A DNA stretch of 64,000 nucleotides from Microbacterium sp. (GTDB lineage Bacteria > Actinomycetota > Actinomycetes > Actinomycetales > Microbacteriaceae): NCBI RefSeq assembly GCF_036823965.1, contig NZ_DAITBE010000012.1, positions 18,522-82,521 of the forward strand. The letters run 5' to 3'. Positions 27,966 through 38,390 of the stretch are shown here, one piece after another. Below the pieces are notes generated by a model. The model ran no database searches, was not told the DNA's origin, and worked only from the letters and a program-made list of their open reading frames with translations. Position 1 is the stretch's first letter, and each line of letters starts with the position of its first letter. The position numbers were made by a program, and so were the translations under genes.

Positions 27966-28708
27966 GCCACACCGAACCGAACCCCGCGGCCGCGCTGCTC
28001 GCGGCGAACCGTCGGCGCCGGAGCATCCGCCGCTGGATCGCGATCGGCACGCTGCCGCTCACACTCGCCGCCCTGCTGTTCGTCGGCAAGATCCTCAGCA
28101 TGTACGCCTTCGCCCACCAGGCGATCACCTCCTACGTCGTCGACGACTACGCGGGATCGGAGGCCTCGGCTCGCGGCCAGGAGTTCCTGAACTGGTTCGA
28201 GCCGTACAAGGCGCCGTTCAACGTCGGCACAGCGCTGGCCGGAGCCGAGCAGCTGCCGGAGGCCAGGGCCGAACTCGAAGAAGCCCTCGCACTCGCCACG
28301 GGACTCGAGGTGTGCGGCGTGCGCATCAACCTCGCCCTCGTGGTCGAGCGGCAGGGCGATGCCGCCAGAGCAGACGGCGACGGGCCCGGTGCCGCGACCC
28401 TCTACGGCGAGGCCCTCACGATCACGCTCGAGACCCCTGACGAGTGCCGCAGCGACGAGGCGCAGCAGCAGTCCTCCGACCCGCAGCGCGACATGGGGGA
28501 CACGCTCGACGACACGGAGCAGCGCCTCACCGAGAAGCAGCAGGATCAGCCGCCGCCGCCGGAGGAGCAGCCGCAGGAGCAGGAGCCGCAGCCGTCCGAG
28601 GACAAGCTGCAGGACCTGCAGGACAAGCTCGACCAGGGCACGCAGGAGCGGGACCAGCAGCAGGACGACGACGATCCTGGGAGCTCCGGGACGGACAAGC
28701 CATGGTGA
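27962..28708 (+). CDS. membrane-anchored TPR-like protein with acidic/Gln-rich tail (BatC-like position)
   Basis: ATGA overlap with the preceding gene. TM WIAIGTLPLTLAALLFVGKIL. Helical repeats (LPEARAELEEALALA..., ATLYGEALTI). Tail QQQSSDPQRD...PPPPEEQPQEQEPQPSEDKLQDLQDKLDQG. Confidence 0.55.
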   Translation: MSHTEPNPAAALLAANRRRRSIRRWIAIGTLPLTLAALLFVGKILSMYAFAHQAITSYVVDDYAGSEASARGQEFLNWFEPYKAPFNVGTALAGAEQLPEARAELEEALALATGLEVCGVRINLALVVERQGDAARADGDGPGAATLYGEALTITLETPDECRSDEAQQQSSDPQRDMGDTLDDTEQRLTEKQQDQPPPPEEQPQEQEPQPSEDKLQDLQDKLDQGTQERDQQQDDDDPGSSGTDKPW

Positions 28709-29808
28709 TGGACCACGAGAAGCAACGAGCGCGCTACGTCGCCGGCACCGAGGGTGCACCGCCTGTGCCGCCTCCCGGTGGGTACCGCGGCGCGCGTCGC
28801 GCGGATGCGCCGTCGTCGTGGGTGCCGCCGGTGCCCACGGTCGAGACCCTCGACGCCGAGGAGAAGCGATCTGCGAACGCGATCGGGTGGATCGCACTCG
28901 TCGGCAGCATCCTGTTCGTGGTGATCCTGTTCGGCACCCTGATCGCCGGAGCCACCGACGCGCTCTACGGCGTCACCATGCTCGCCCTGCAGCTGCTCGT
29001 GGTCGGCGTGATCGTCGCCGCCCTGATCTCCGCACGAGGACGCCGACTGGGCGCGGTCGCGCTGATCGTGACCATCCTGTTCAACGTCGCGACCGTCGGC
29101 GGCATGAGCGCGCTGCAGACCTCGGCATCCGGCAACTACGACGGAGCGAAGTCCGACGAGCAGAAGCACGCGGAGGCCTACCCCGGCATCAAGGGCACCA
29201 ACCCGCAGGATGTGCTCAGCCAGCAGTCGCTGGAAGCGGTGCGGGCGGATGCGGACAGTCTGTTCGCCGACATCCGGGAGCGGCTGACCGACGAGTTCGG
29301 CTACACCTGGGTGCAGGTGGGCGACGAGGATCTCCGTCCGGAGCGCAACGGCTACGGCGGCGAGTCGATGCTGTATGAGTACACGTCGGTCGGCTGGGCC
29401 ACGAACGAGCCGATCCAGGACTACGCCCGCAAGCTCGAGGTCATGCAGGTCATCGACGACGTCATCGCCGAGCACGGGCTCTTCAGCCTCTACAGCTTCA
29501 ACGAGCCGGCCGTGTCGGGCATCGATCCGACCATGATCGCGAAGCTCTACGGCAGCGACGATCCACGCACCCAGCACACCTGGGAGTACTACACCGAGAA
29601 CTACCCCGACCCGCTGCGGTTCTACGCGAACATCTACGATCTGTCGAACGATCCGAGCGGCGACTTCCGGGCGAACCGCGAGGCGCAGAGCGCACGCACC
29701 GGGGAACCGCTCGAGGGGCTGCAGCTGTCAGTGCTCGGCAGCGCCGTGCTGAGCGAGGCCGATCGCGCCGAGTTCGAGCAGAAGCTCCAGGACTACCCCG
29801 GGTTCTGA
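28702..29808 (+). CDS. hypothetical membrane protein, terminal gene of the MoxR/VWA operon
   Basis: Track ORF 28444..29808 trimmed to Met87 (ATGGTGATG overlaps the preceding stop). Pro-rich N-terminus, three TM helices, then an extracytoplasmic domain of about 230 aa with no motif I recognise. Confidence 0.6.
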   Translation: MVMDHEKQRARYVAGTEGAPPVPPPGGYRGARRADAPSSWVPPVPTVETLDAEEKRSANAIGWIALVGSILFVVILFGTLIAGATDALYGVTMLALQLLVVGVIVAALISARGRRLGAVALIVTILFNVATVGGMSALQTSASGNYDGAKSDEQKHAEAYPGIKGTNPQDVLSQQSLEAVRADADSLFADIRERLTDEFGYTWVQVGDEDLRPERNGYGGESMLYEYTSVGWATNEPIQDYARKLEVMQVIDDVIAEHGLFSLYSFNEPAVSGIDPTMIAKLYGSDDPRTQHTWEYYTENYPDPLRFYANIYDLSNDPSGDFRANREAQSARTGEPLEGLQLSVLGSAVLSEADRAEFEQKLQDYPGF

Positions 29809-29828
29809 CGCGTTCTTCGGGCAACTGG

Positions 29829-30050
29829 CCCCCTTCGGGTCGCTCGGCCTCCTCTTCGGGTCGCTGAGTCCCCCTTTGGGTCGCTGAGCCCCCTTGGGTC
29901 GCTGAGCCCCCCTCTTTGGGTCGCTGAGCTTGTCGAAGCGTCGGGCCCTTCGACAAGCTCAGGGACCCAGGGGGGCGGCTCAGGGACCCAGGGGGGCGAC
30001 TCAGGGACCCAGCGGAGGGCGACTCAGGGACCCAGGGGAGGCGACTCGGC
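29829..30050. repeat. composite palindrome built from tandem repeats (family A), filling the gap between two convergent operons
   Basis: Five left units containing GGGTCGCT(G/C)(A/G)G (29829-29929). Central perfect hairpin GAGCTTGTCGAAG, 9-nt loop, CTTCGACAAGCTC (29926-29960). Four to five right units CTCAGGGACCCAGGGGGGCGA (29957-30044). Confidence 0.9.
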
Positions 30051-30051
30051 G

Positions 30052-31059
30052 TCAGGGTGCGAGACGCAGCAGCATCCGTGCCACGACGAACCGCGCCTGA
30101 CCCCGCGAGGTGCGCGGGTCGTAGCCCAACTGCTCGATCAGGGCGGTCAGCCGCTCCTGCACACTGGAGTGATGCCGACCGAGACGCACGGCCGCGGCAC
30201 GGACGCTCTGCTCGTCGACCACCGCGTCGAGCAGCTCGCGACTGCGATCGTCGAGGGCGGCGAGCGCAGCGGCATCCGGATGCAGTGCTCGTGATTCCGC
30301 AGCCTCGGCGATGAGCAGCACGGCGCCGAGATCGTCGGCGCCGACCACCGGTTCCACGGCCGTCGTCAGCCGGACCGCGATGAGCGCTGCCGTCCAGGAA
30401 TCGGGGAGATGCGCGGCATCCTGCGCCGTCCCGACCCCCACCCGCAGATCGCCGGCGGCGGTCCAGACGTGCTCCTCATCGGTGTCGGCCGGGATGATCG
30501 TCGCGCGGGTCAGACCGTGCCTGGTCGCGACCACGGCGGATGGATGCTGCGGCAGTGGCGCCGGGTCAGGTGGCGAGGCGACGACCCGGAGCGCGCCGGC
30601 CGACAGCCGGAGCCGCTGGAGTGCGGCCGCCCGTTCCTCCGCACTCGTGAACGTGCTGATCGCGACCTCGACGGCGCTCTCCGCATCGCCGGCACGTCGC
30701 GCCCGCAGGATGCCGAGCGCGAGGGTCAGTCGCTCGAGGATCATCGCGTCGTTCGTATGCGGGTCGCCTTCGCGCTCGATCCAGGCGACCGCATCGGGTC
30801 CGCTCTCGCGCAGCATCCATCGCCCGCCCGGGTCGACGGGCTCGATCCGGACCCCGTCGGCCCTGACCCGGATGATCCGGCGCGAATCCCGCTGCCCGAC
30901 GGTCGCTCCGCTGAGCACAGCGGCCCCGCGGAGCATGCTCTCGACGCCGACCGAACGCGCGACCAGCGTGTCGAAGTAGGAGACGACCTTGAGCGTCTCG
31001 CTCGCGTCCGGATCGAGGGCGGTGAGCCGCCCCAGCAGATCTTGCATGTCGGGCTCCAT
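30052..31059 (-). CDS. PucR-like transcriptional regulator (C-terminal HTH)
   Basis: 335 aa. C-terminal VDEQSVRAAAVRLGRHHSSVQERLTALIEQLGYDPRTSRGQARFVVA matches the PucR C-terminal HTH pattern. Confidence 0.65.
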   Translation of the reverse strand: MEPDMQDLLGRLTALDPDASETLKVVSYFDTLVARSVGVESMLRGAAVLSGATVGQRDSRRIIRVRADGVRIEPVDPGGRWMLRESGPDAVAWIEREGDPHTNDAMILERLTLALGILRARRAGDAESAVEVAISTFTSAEERAAALQRLRLSAGALRVVASPPDPAPLPQHPSAVVATRHGLTRATIIPADTDEEHVWTAAGDLRVGVGTAQDAAHLPDSWTAALIAVRLTTAVEPVVGADDLGAVLLIAEAAESRALHPDAAALAALDDRSRELLDAVVDEQSVRAAAVRLGRHHSSVQERLTALIEQLGYDPRTSRGQARFVVARMLLRLAP

Positions 31060-31113
31060 CGCACGGGGATTCCACCCTACGGGGTCGGCCGGCGACCGCG
31101 AGGGTGGAGCGGA

Positions 31114-32085
31114 TCAGCCGAGCAGGCGGTTGACCCAGTCGTCGCGCGCCGCGACCATTGCCTGCGCGACCGCGGAGTGCGGGGCGAAGCCGTCGAAGCC
31201 GTGGAATCCGCCGGCCCACACGTGGAGTTCGGCCTGGACCCCGGCTTCCCAGAGCTTCGAGGCGTAGGCGACGTCCTCGTCACGGAACACCTCGGCGCTG
31301 CCGCAGTCGATGAACGCCGGCGGAAGGCCGGAGAGGTCGGTCGCCCGAGCCGGCGCGGCATAGATGGAGACCTCGTCGGTGCCGACCCGATCGCCGAGCA
31401 GCGCAGTCCAGCCGGTGACGTTGGAGCCGCGGTCCCACACGCCGATGCCGTCGACCTGCTTCGTGGACACGGTCTCGTCGCGGTCATCGAGCATCGGGTA
31501 GATGAGCAGCTGCCCGATCAGCGCCGGGCCCTTGCGGTCACGGGCGAGCAGGGCCGTGCCGGCCGCGAGACCGCCCCCTGCGCTGCCGCCGCCGATCAGG
31601 ATGCGGCTCGCCTCGATGCCGAGCTCCTGCGCGTGCTCGGCCGTCCAGACGAGGCCCGCGTAGCAGTCCTCGACGGGATACGGGTCGGGGAACTCCGGCG
31701 CCAGGCGGTACTCGACCGTGACGATGACGCCGTTGAACCGTTCAGCCCAGTCGAGGAAGCCCGCGACGCCGAGCCAGCGGTTGCCGAGGATCATGCCGCC
31801 GCCGTGCGTGTGGAAGAACCCCGGGCCCGTGCCGGTCCGGCCTGCCTTCGCGACCACCGAGACGACGATCTCGTCGCCGTCGTGGCCGGCGATCGTCACG
31901 TCCCGACGGGTGAAGCCGCGCTCGTCGAGCAGCGCGAAGACATCCTCCGTTCCTGTCACCGGCGATTGCCGCAGCAGTGGGATCATCTCGGGCGTGAGGG
32001 TCGACGGCATCTGGTCGCCGATGAGGGCGAGGGCTGCTTCCAGCTCCGGGTCGAACGGCGGGCAGGCCAGGGTCGTTTCAGCCAT
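31114..32085 (-). CDS. alpha/beta hydrolase, hormone-sensitive-lipase-like esterase
   Basis: Track ORF trimmed to Met24 (MAETTLACPP) with AAAGGAG upstream. HGGG oxyanion motif (FFHTHGGGMILG) and nucleophile elbow GGSAGG. Confidence 0.85.
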   Translation of the reverse strand: MAETTLACPPFDPELEAALALIGDQMPSTLTPEMIPLLRQSPVTGTEDVFALLDERGFTRRDVTIAGHDGDEIVVSVVAKAGRTGTGPGFFHTHGGGMILGNRWLGVAGFLDWAERFNGVIVTVEYRLAPEFPDPYPVEDCYAGLVWTAEHAQELGIEASRILIGGGSAGGGLAAGTALLARDRKGPALIGQLLIYPMLDDRDETVSTKQVDGIGVWDRGSNVTGWTALLGDRVGTDEVSIYAAPARATDLSGLPPAFIDCGSAEVFRDEDVAYASKLWEAGVQAELHVWAGGFHGFDGFAPHSAVAQAMVAARDDWVNRLLG

Positions 32086-32229
32086 CAGAACTCCTTTGTT
32101 CTCGTGTTCTCGCCGTCTGCGTGGCGGCGTCCCGCCAGCATCCTGCACGTCCAAGTCGAGCGTAACCCGCCGCCCGGTACCGCTTCGGCGCGGTTCATCC
32201 GCCGGTTGGCGGGCTCACGGTGTCCCCTC

Positions 32230-32346
32230 GTTCCGGTCGCAGTTCGTGCTCCCCCGCTCCGTTCCGGTCGCAGTTGATGTCGCCCCGGCGCGGATCAGGC
32301 GGCACGAAGTGCGACCGGAACACCTTCGACAGGCTCAGGGACCCAG
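32230..32346. repeat. family B half copy plus full palindromic copy, directly followed by a family A unit
   Basis: Half copy GTTCCGGTCGCAGTTCGTGCTCC (32230-32252). Full copy GTTCCGGTCGCAGTTGATGTCGCC, loop CCGGCGCGGATCA, GGCGGCACGAAGTGCGACCGGAAC (32261-32321). Then CCTTCGACAGGCTCAGGGACCCAG (32323-32346). Confidence 0.8.
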
Positions 32347-32385
32347 CCAACCCAACCGCCCAGCCGGCTCGGGGAAGCGACGAGC

Positions 32386-34699
<2,314 letters not shown>

Positions 34700-34727
34700 T
34701 CCTTCGGCAGCTCGGGAACCATCGAGC

Positions 34728-34761
34728 AGAAGGGGCGGATGCTGCGGCATCCGCCCCTTCT
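34728..34761 (+). terminator. perfect 15-bp-stem hairpin after argG
   Basis: AGAAGGGGCGGATGC-TGCG-GCATCCGCCCCTTCT, followed by GCGTT. It begins 29 nt after the argG stop. Confidence 0.65.
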
Positions 34762-34809
34762 GCGTTCCCGGGCGACGCGAGAGGATGCTGTGAGTCCTCC
34801 GAGTTATCT

Positions 34810-34825
34810 TGCACACTACTGTGCA
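34810..34825. promoter_or_regulatory. TetR operator candidate
   Basis: TGCACA-CTAC-TGTGCA in an AT-richer patch that ends 20 nt upstream of the TetR start codon. Confidence 0.4.
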
Positions 34826-34844
34826 TGATACGTACGATGGAGGC

Positions 34845-35474
34845 ATGACCTCCCGTGCACCCCGCCGTGACGCCGTCGAGAACCGGATCGGCATCCTGTC
34901 TGCGGCCCGCTCCGCGCTCGCGGTCGATCCGCACGCCTCGATCGACACGATCGCCCGCAGCGCCGGGCTCTCACGGCGAACCCTCTACGGGCACTTCGGC
35001 GACCGCGAGGCCCTGATCCGCGAGCTCATCGCGCACGGGGCGCAGCGCTTCAACGCGATCGCCGCATCGGTGACTGACCCCGATGCCCGGATCGCCCTCG
35101 CCCGCCTCGCCGCTCGGCTGTGGCAGGAGACCGCGCACGTGCAGGTCACCGCCGCCCTCGCGCTCGACGAATCGCACGTGGACCACACCGCTGAGGCGCT
35201 CGCTCCGCTGCGCCGCACCGTCGCCGATCTCACACGACGCGGGCAGGACGAGGGCGTCTTCCGCACCGACATCGCCGCGCCGACACTCGCCCGACTGATC
35301 GAGGAGATGGCGCGCGTCGTCGTGTCGCGCACCGACGCATCGCTGCCGGATGCCGCGAACGTCGCCGTCAGCGCTGTGCTCTCGGTCGCCGGACTCTCCT
35401 GGCGAGAGGCCGACGAACTGCTGCGGACGCATCCCGAGATCCTGTCCCCCGAGACCATGGAGGCGCACGCATGA
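34845..35474 (+). CDS. TetR/AcrR family transcriptional regulator
   Basis: Track ORF trimmed to Met13 (GGAGG upstream). HTH ILSAARSALAVDPHASIDTIARSAGLSRRTLYGHFGDREALI. Confidence 0.85.
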   Translation: MTSRAPRRDAVENRIGILSAARSALAVDPHASIDTIARSAGLSRRTLYGHFGDREALIRELIAHGAQRFNAIAASVTDPDARIALARLAARLWQETAHVQVTAALALDESHVDHTAEALAPLRRTVADLTRRGQDEGVFRTDIAAPTLARLIEEMARVVVSRTDASLPDAANVAVSAVLSVAGLSWREADELLRTHPEILSPETMEAHA

Positions 35475-36391
35475 GGATCACTCTGCATGAGGTGAGCAAG
35501 GGGCGCGGCGGGCAGGCCCTCCCCACGACGAGCCTCGAGTTCCACACCGGAGCCGTCCGGTTCGCGATCGCGGAGACCGAGCAGCGCCCGACCGTGCTCG
35601 GCCTGATCGCGAGTGGGCGGATGCGGCCGGAGACCGGCCGGGTGACCATCGACGGCGTCCCGAAGACCAAGGAGATCCGCCGACGCGTCGCGCTGGTCGA
35701 TGCGCCGGATGTCAGTGATCCGCACGCCGACATCACACTCGCCGGCGTCGTCGGCGAGGAGCTCATGTTCGCAGGCGTCGGCGCGACCCCGCTGCACGCG
35801 CGGCGCTGGCTCACGCAGCTCGGCTTCCACGAACTCGCCTCGGTTCCGATCGGTAACATCGACCCCGCCGCTCGAGTGCGCATCCTGTGCGAGCTGGCGG
35901 TGCTCCGCGAGGGCGTCGACGGCGTCGTGCTCGTCTCGCCCGACCGTCACGGCGGCAGTCCGGACGGGTGGTGGCGCATCGCAGGCGAGTTCGCCGACCG
36001 CGGCTACGCGATGCTCGTGATCGTCGGCGGCTCGGCTGCCGTTGCGCTGGAGCGGATGCAGGAGCTCGGCGCCATCAACGCCTCCGGCCCGATCGAGCCG
36101 CTCGTGCTGCCGGACGAGCCCGAGGCGGATGACGCCGGCGCAGACACCGATGACGACTCTCTCCGCCCTTCGACGGACTCAGGGACCGACGCTGACGAAT
36201 TCGCCCCCGCGACGGTCGAGGACACCCCCGACCCCTCGGATGCTGCGCCCGACCCCGGGGTTGCTGCGCCCGACCCCTCGGATGCGGCGCCCGACCCCTG
36301 GGTTGCTGAGCCTGTCGAAGCACCCGATACCGAAGCACCCGATACCGACCCGGCCGAGACCGACACCACCGAGAACGGAGCCACGCGATGA
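35471..36391 (+). CDS. ABC-ATPase-fold protein with degenerate nucleotide-binding motifs and a repeat-derived acidic tail
   Basis: Colinear with ABC NBDs: LEFHTGAVRFAIAETEQRPTVLGLIASGRMRPETGRVTIDG aligns to the xGexxxlxGpNGaGKSTlxxxxxGxxxPxxGxvxxxG pattern. The Walker A position reads AETEQRPTV, the signature position IDPAARVR, and the Walker B position VVLVSPDR. No GK[ST] occurs anywhere in the protein. ATGA overlaps on both sides. Confidence 0.7.
   Translation: MRITLHEVSKGRGGQALPTTSLEFHTGAVRFAIAETEQRPTVLGLIASGRMRPETGRVTIDGVPKTKEIRRRVALVDAPDVSDPHADITLAGVVGEELMFAGVGATPLHARRWLTQLGFHELASVPIGNIDPAARVRILCELAVLREGVDGVVLVSPDRHGGSPDGWWRIAGEFADRGYAMLVIVGGSAAVALERMQELGAINASGPIEPLVLPDEPEADDAGADTDDDSLRPSTDSGTDADEFAPATVEDTPDPSDAAPDPGVAAPDPSDAAPDPWVAEPVEAPDTEAPDTDPAETDTTENGATR
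36166..36349 (+). repeat. repeat-derived segment inside the coding tail of 35471..36391
   Basis: Family A unit CCCTTCGACGGACTCAGGGACC (36166-36187). Four 21-bp units CCCGACCCC(T/G)(C/G)GG(A/T)TGC(T/G)G(C/A)G (36227-36310) encode PDPSDAA/PDPGVAA/PDPSDAA/PDPWVAE. GTTGCTGAGCCTGTCGAAGCACCC (36302-36325). 2 x GAAGCACCCGATACC. Confidence 0.85.
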
Positions 36392-38265
36392 AGGTTCCCT
36401 CCATGATCGCCGCCGAGCTGCGGCGACTCACCGCGAGCAGGATGGGCGTGATCGCGCTCATCGCACTCGTGTGCGTGCCGATCCTCTACGGCGGCCTCTA
36501 CCTGTGGGCGAATCAGGACCCGTACGCGAAGTTCCCCGACGTCCCGGTGGCGCTCGTCGTGGCCGACGAGGGCGCCCCGACGCCGACGACCGGCAACGAG
36601 GCTCCGACCGGCGAGACCGTGAACTACGGCGAGGATGTCGCCGAGAACCTCATCGAGGGCAACGCCTTCGACTGGCAGCGGATGACGGCAGACGAGGCAT
36701 CCGACGCGCTCCGCGATGGCACCGTCGACTTCACCGTGACGGTCCCGACCGACTTCTCGGCTGCGCTCACCTCGGCGGCGGGCGATGCCCCGCACCAAGC
36801 CCGCATCGAGCTCGAGACCAACGACGCGAACAACTACCTCGCATCGTCGATGGGCACGCAGGCCGTCGAGAAGATCCGCAGTTCGGTGGCCGAGATGGTC
36901 GGCAGCGAGGCGGCCGAACGACTGCTCACCGGATTGAGCGATGTGCGCGACAACCTGGTGACGGCCGTGGACGGCGTGACGCAGCTGACGGACGGCGCGA
37001 ACACCGCGGCATCCGGCAGCACCACGCTCGCCGACGGCACGGCGCAGCTCGCCGACGGCACAGCGCAGCTCGCGACCGGCGCACAGACCCTCGCAAGCGG
37101 AGCGCAGACGCTCGCGGGCGGCGCGCAGCAGGTCAGCGACGGCAACCGTCAGCTCGCCGACGTCGCCGACCGTGCCGGCGATGCGGTCCAGCAGGCTGCG
37201 AACGCCCTGCCCCAGGTGCGCACCGACATCGCGAATGCGCTGACCGAGCAGGGCCTCACCCCCGAGGAGGTCGACCAGGTCCTCGCGAAGCTCGACCCCC
37301 TCGGTGCCCGCCTGCAGGAGGGCAACGCACAGGTGCAGGGTGCCGTCGGCAAGGTCGACCAGCTCGCCGCCGGCGCGGCATCCCTCGCCTCGGGCGCCAC
37401 CGAACTCGCATCGGGCGCCGGCACGCTCGCATCCGGCGCCGGCACCGTCGCGACCGGAGCCGCCTCCGCGAACGCGGGTGCGGCGCAGTTGCGGGACGGA
37501 CTGCAGACCCTGGCATCGGGCACGGCCGAGCTGCGCGACGGACTCTCGAGCGGCGTCGATGCCATCCCGGCATCCACTCCCGAGCTGCGAACCCTGCAGG
37601 CCGACACGATCGCCGACCCGGTGCAGGTGTCGAGCGACAAGGTCGCCTCCGCGGAGGACTATGGCGCAGGCCTCGCCCCGTTCTTCGCCGCACTGTCGGC
37701 GTGGATCGGCATCTACGCGCTGTTCCTGATCGTGAAGCCGATCTCGCGGCGGGCGATCACCGCTCTGCACTCCCCCGTGCGCATCACGCTCGCGGGCTGG
37801 ATGACGCCTGCCATGCTCGGCGCCGTGCAGATGGTCGGCCTGATGGGCATCCTCGCCCTCACACTCGGCTTCACGTTCAACCATCCGCTCGGCACGCTCG
37901 GGGTGATGGTGTTCGCTTCGGCCACGTTCGCGGCGATCATCCTGGCGCTGAACGTCTGGCTCGGGTCGGTCGGGCAGTTCCTCGGCCTCGTGCTCATGGT
38001 GCTGCAGCTCGTCACCGCCGGCGGCACGTTCCCCTGGCAGACTCTTCCTGCACCGCTGGCCGCGCTGCATCACGTGCTGCCGCTCGGTTATGTCGTCGAC
38101 GCGATGCGCCAGCTCATGTACGGCGGCAGCATGGGTCGCGCGGGCTGGGATCTCGCGGTGCTCGGGATGTGGCTCGTCGGCGCGCTGCTGTTCGCGATGC
38201 TCGGGGTCACCCGCATGACGCATCGACGCACACTGCGCGACCTGCAGCCGAGCCTGATCGGGTGA
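36388..38265 (+). CDS. YhgE/Pip domain membrane protein (ABC-2-type permease-like)
   Basis: 625 aa. N-terminal TM plus ABC-2-like start (VIALIALVCVPILYGGLYLWANQDPY). Long Ala/Gly/Gln-rich repeat region (TLADGTAQLADGTAQLATGAQTLASGAQTLAGGAQQV...). C-terminal bundle of 5 TM helices. Confidence 0.8.
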   Translation: MKVPSMIAAELRRLTASRMGVIALIALVCVPILYGGLYLWANQDPYAKFPDVPVALVVADEGAPTPTTGNEAPTGETVNYGEDVAENLIEGNAFDWQRMTADEASDALRDGTVDFTVTVPTDFSAALTSAAGDAPHQARIELETNDANNYLASSMGTQAVEKIRSSVAEMVGSEAAERLLTGLSDVRDNLVTAVDGVTQLTDGANTAASGSTTLADGTAQLADGTAQLATGAQTLASGAQTLAGGAQQVSDGNRQLADVADRAGDAVQQAANALPQVRTDIANALTEQGLTPEEVDQVLAKLDPLGARLQEGNAQVQGAVGKVDQLAAGAASLASGATELASGAGTLASGAGTVATGAASANAGAAQLRDGLQTLASGTAELRDGLSSGVDAIPASTPELRTLQADTIADPVQVSSDKVASAEDYGAGLAPFFAALSAWIGIYALFLIVKPISRRAITALHSPVRITLAGWMTPAMLGAVQMVGLMGILALTLGFTFNHPLGTLGVMVFASATFAAIILALNVWLGSVGQFLGLVLMVLQLVTAGGTFPWQTLPAPLAALHHVLPLGYVVDAMRQLMYGGSMGRAGWDLAVLGMWLVGALLFAMLGVTRMTHRRTLRDLQPSLIG

Positions 38266-38326
38266 TCCGCTCCGCGCGCGGCGGCACTGCGGGTCCCCGC
38301 GCGCGGACGTGTGTGGATAGGATGCG

Positions 38327-38377
38327 AGAGCGCGTCCCCGACACGCGCTCTGGGGCTCGGTGGGACTGAGTCCCACC
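38327..38377 (+). other. two perfect short hairpins in the YhgE / acylase gap
   Basis: AGAGCGCGT-CCCCGAC-ACGCGCTCT (38327-38351) and GGTGGGACT-G-AGTCCCACC (38359-38377). No U-tract follows, so the function is unclear (terminator, processing site or leader). Confidence 0.5.
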
Positions 38378-38390
38378 TGGCTACCCGAAA

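Noticed and set aside
29498-29956. 152-aa minus-strand ORF (MSKGPTLRQAQRPKEGGSATQGGSATQ...) across the repeat palindrome.
   Set aside because: It is simply the translation of the tandem repeat units, and it overlaps the 3' end of a well-supported plus-strand gene.
29829-30050. Calling the repeat families mobile elements (MITE or REP with a transposase).
   Set aside because: No transposase, integrase, REP-associated tyrosine transposase or target-site duplication could be identified in the window, so mobility cannot be supported from this sequence alone.
34810-34825. Shared TGCACA...TGTGCA palindromes at 34810-34825 (spacer 4) and 53876-53891 (CTGCACA-CC-TGTGCAG, spacer 2) as sites for one regulator.
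   Set aside because: The spacing differs, the half-site is short and GC-neutral, and the two loci have no functional link. It is most likely coincidence.
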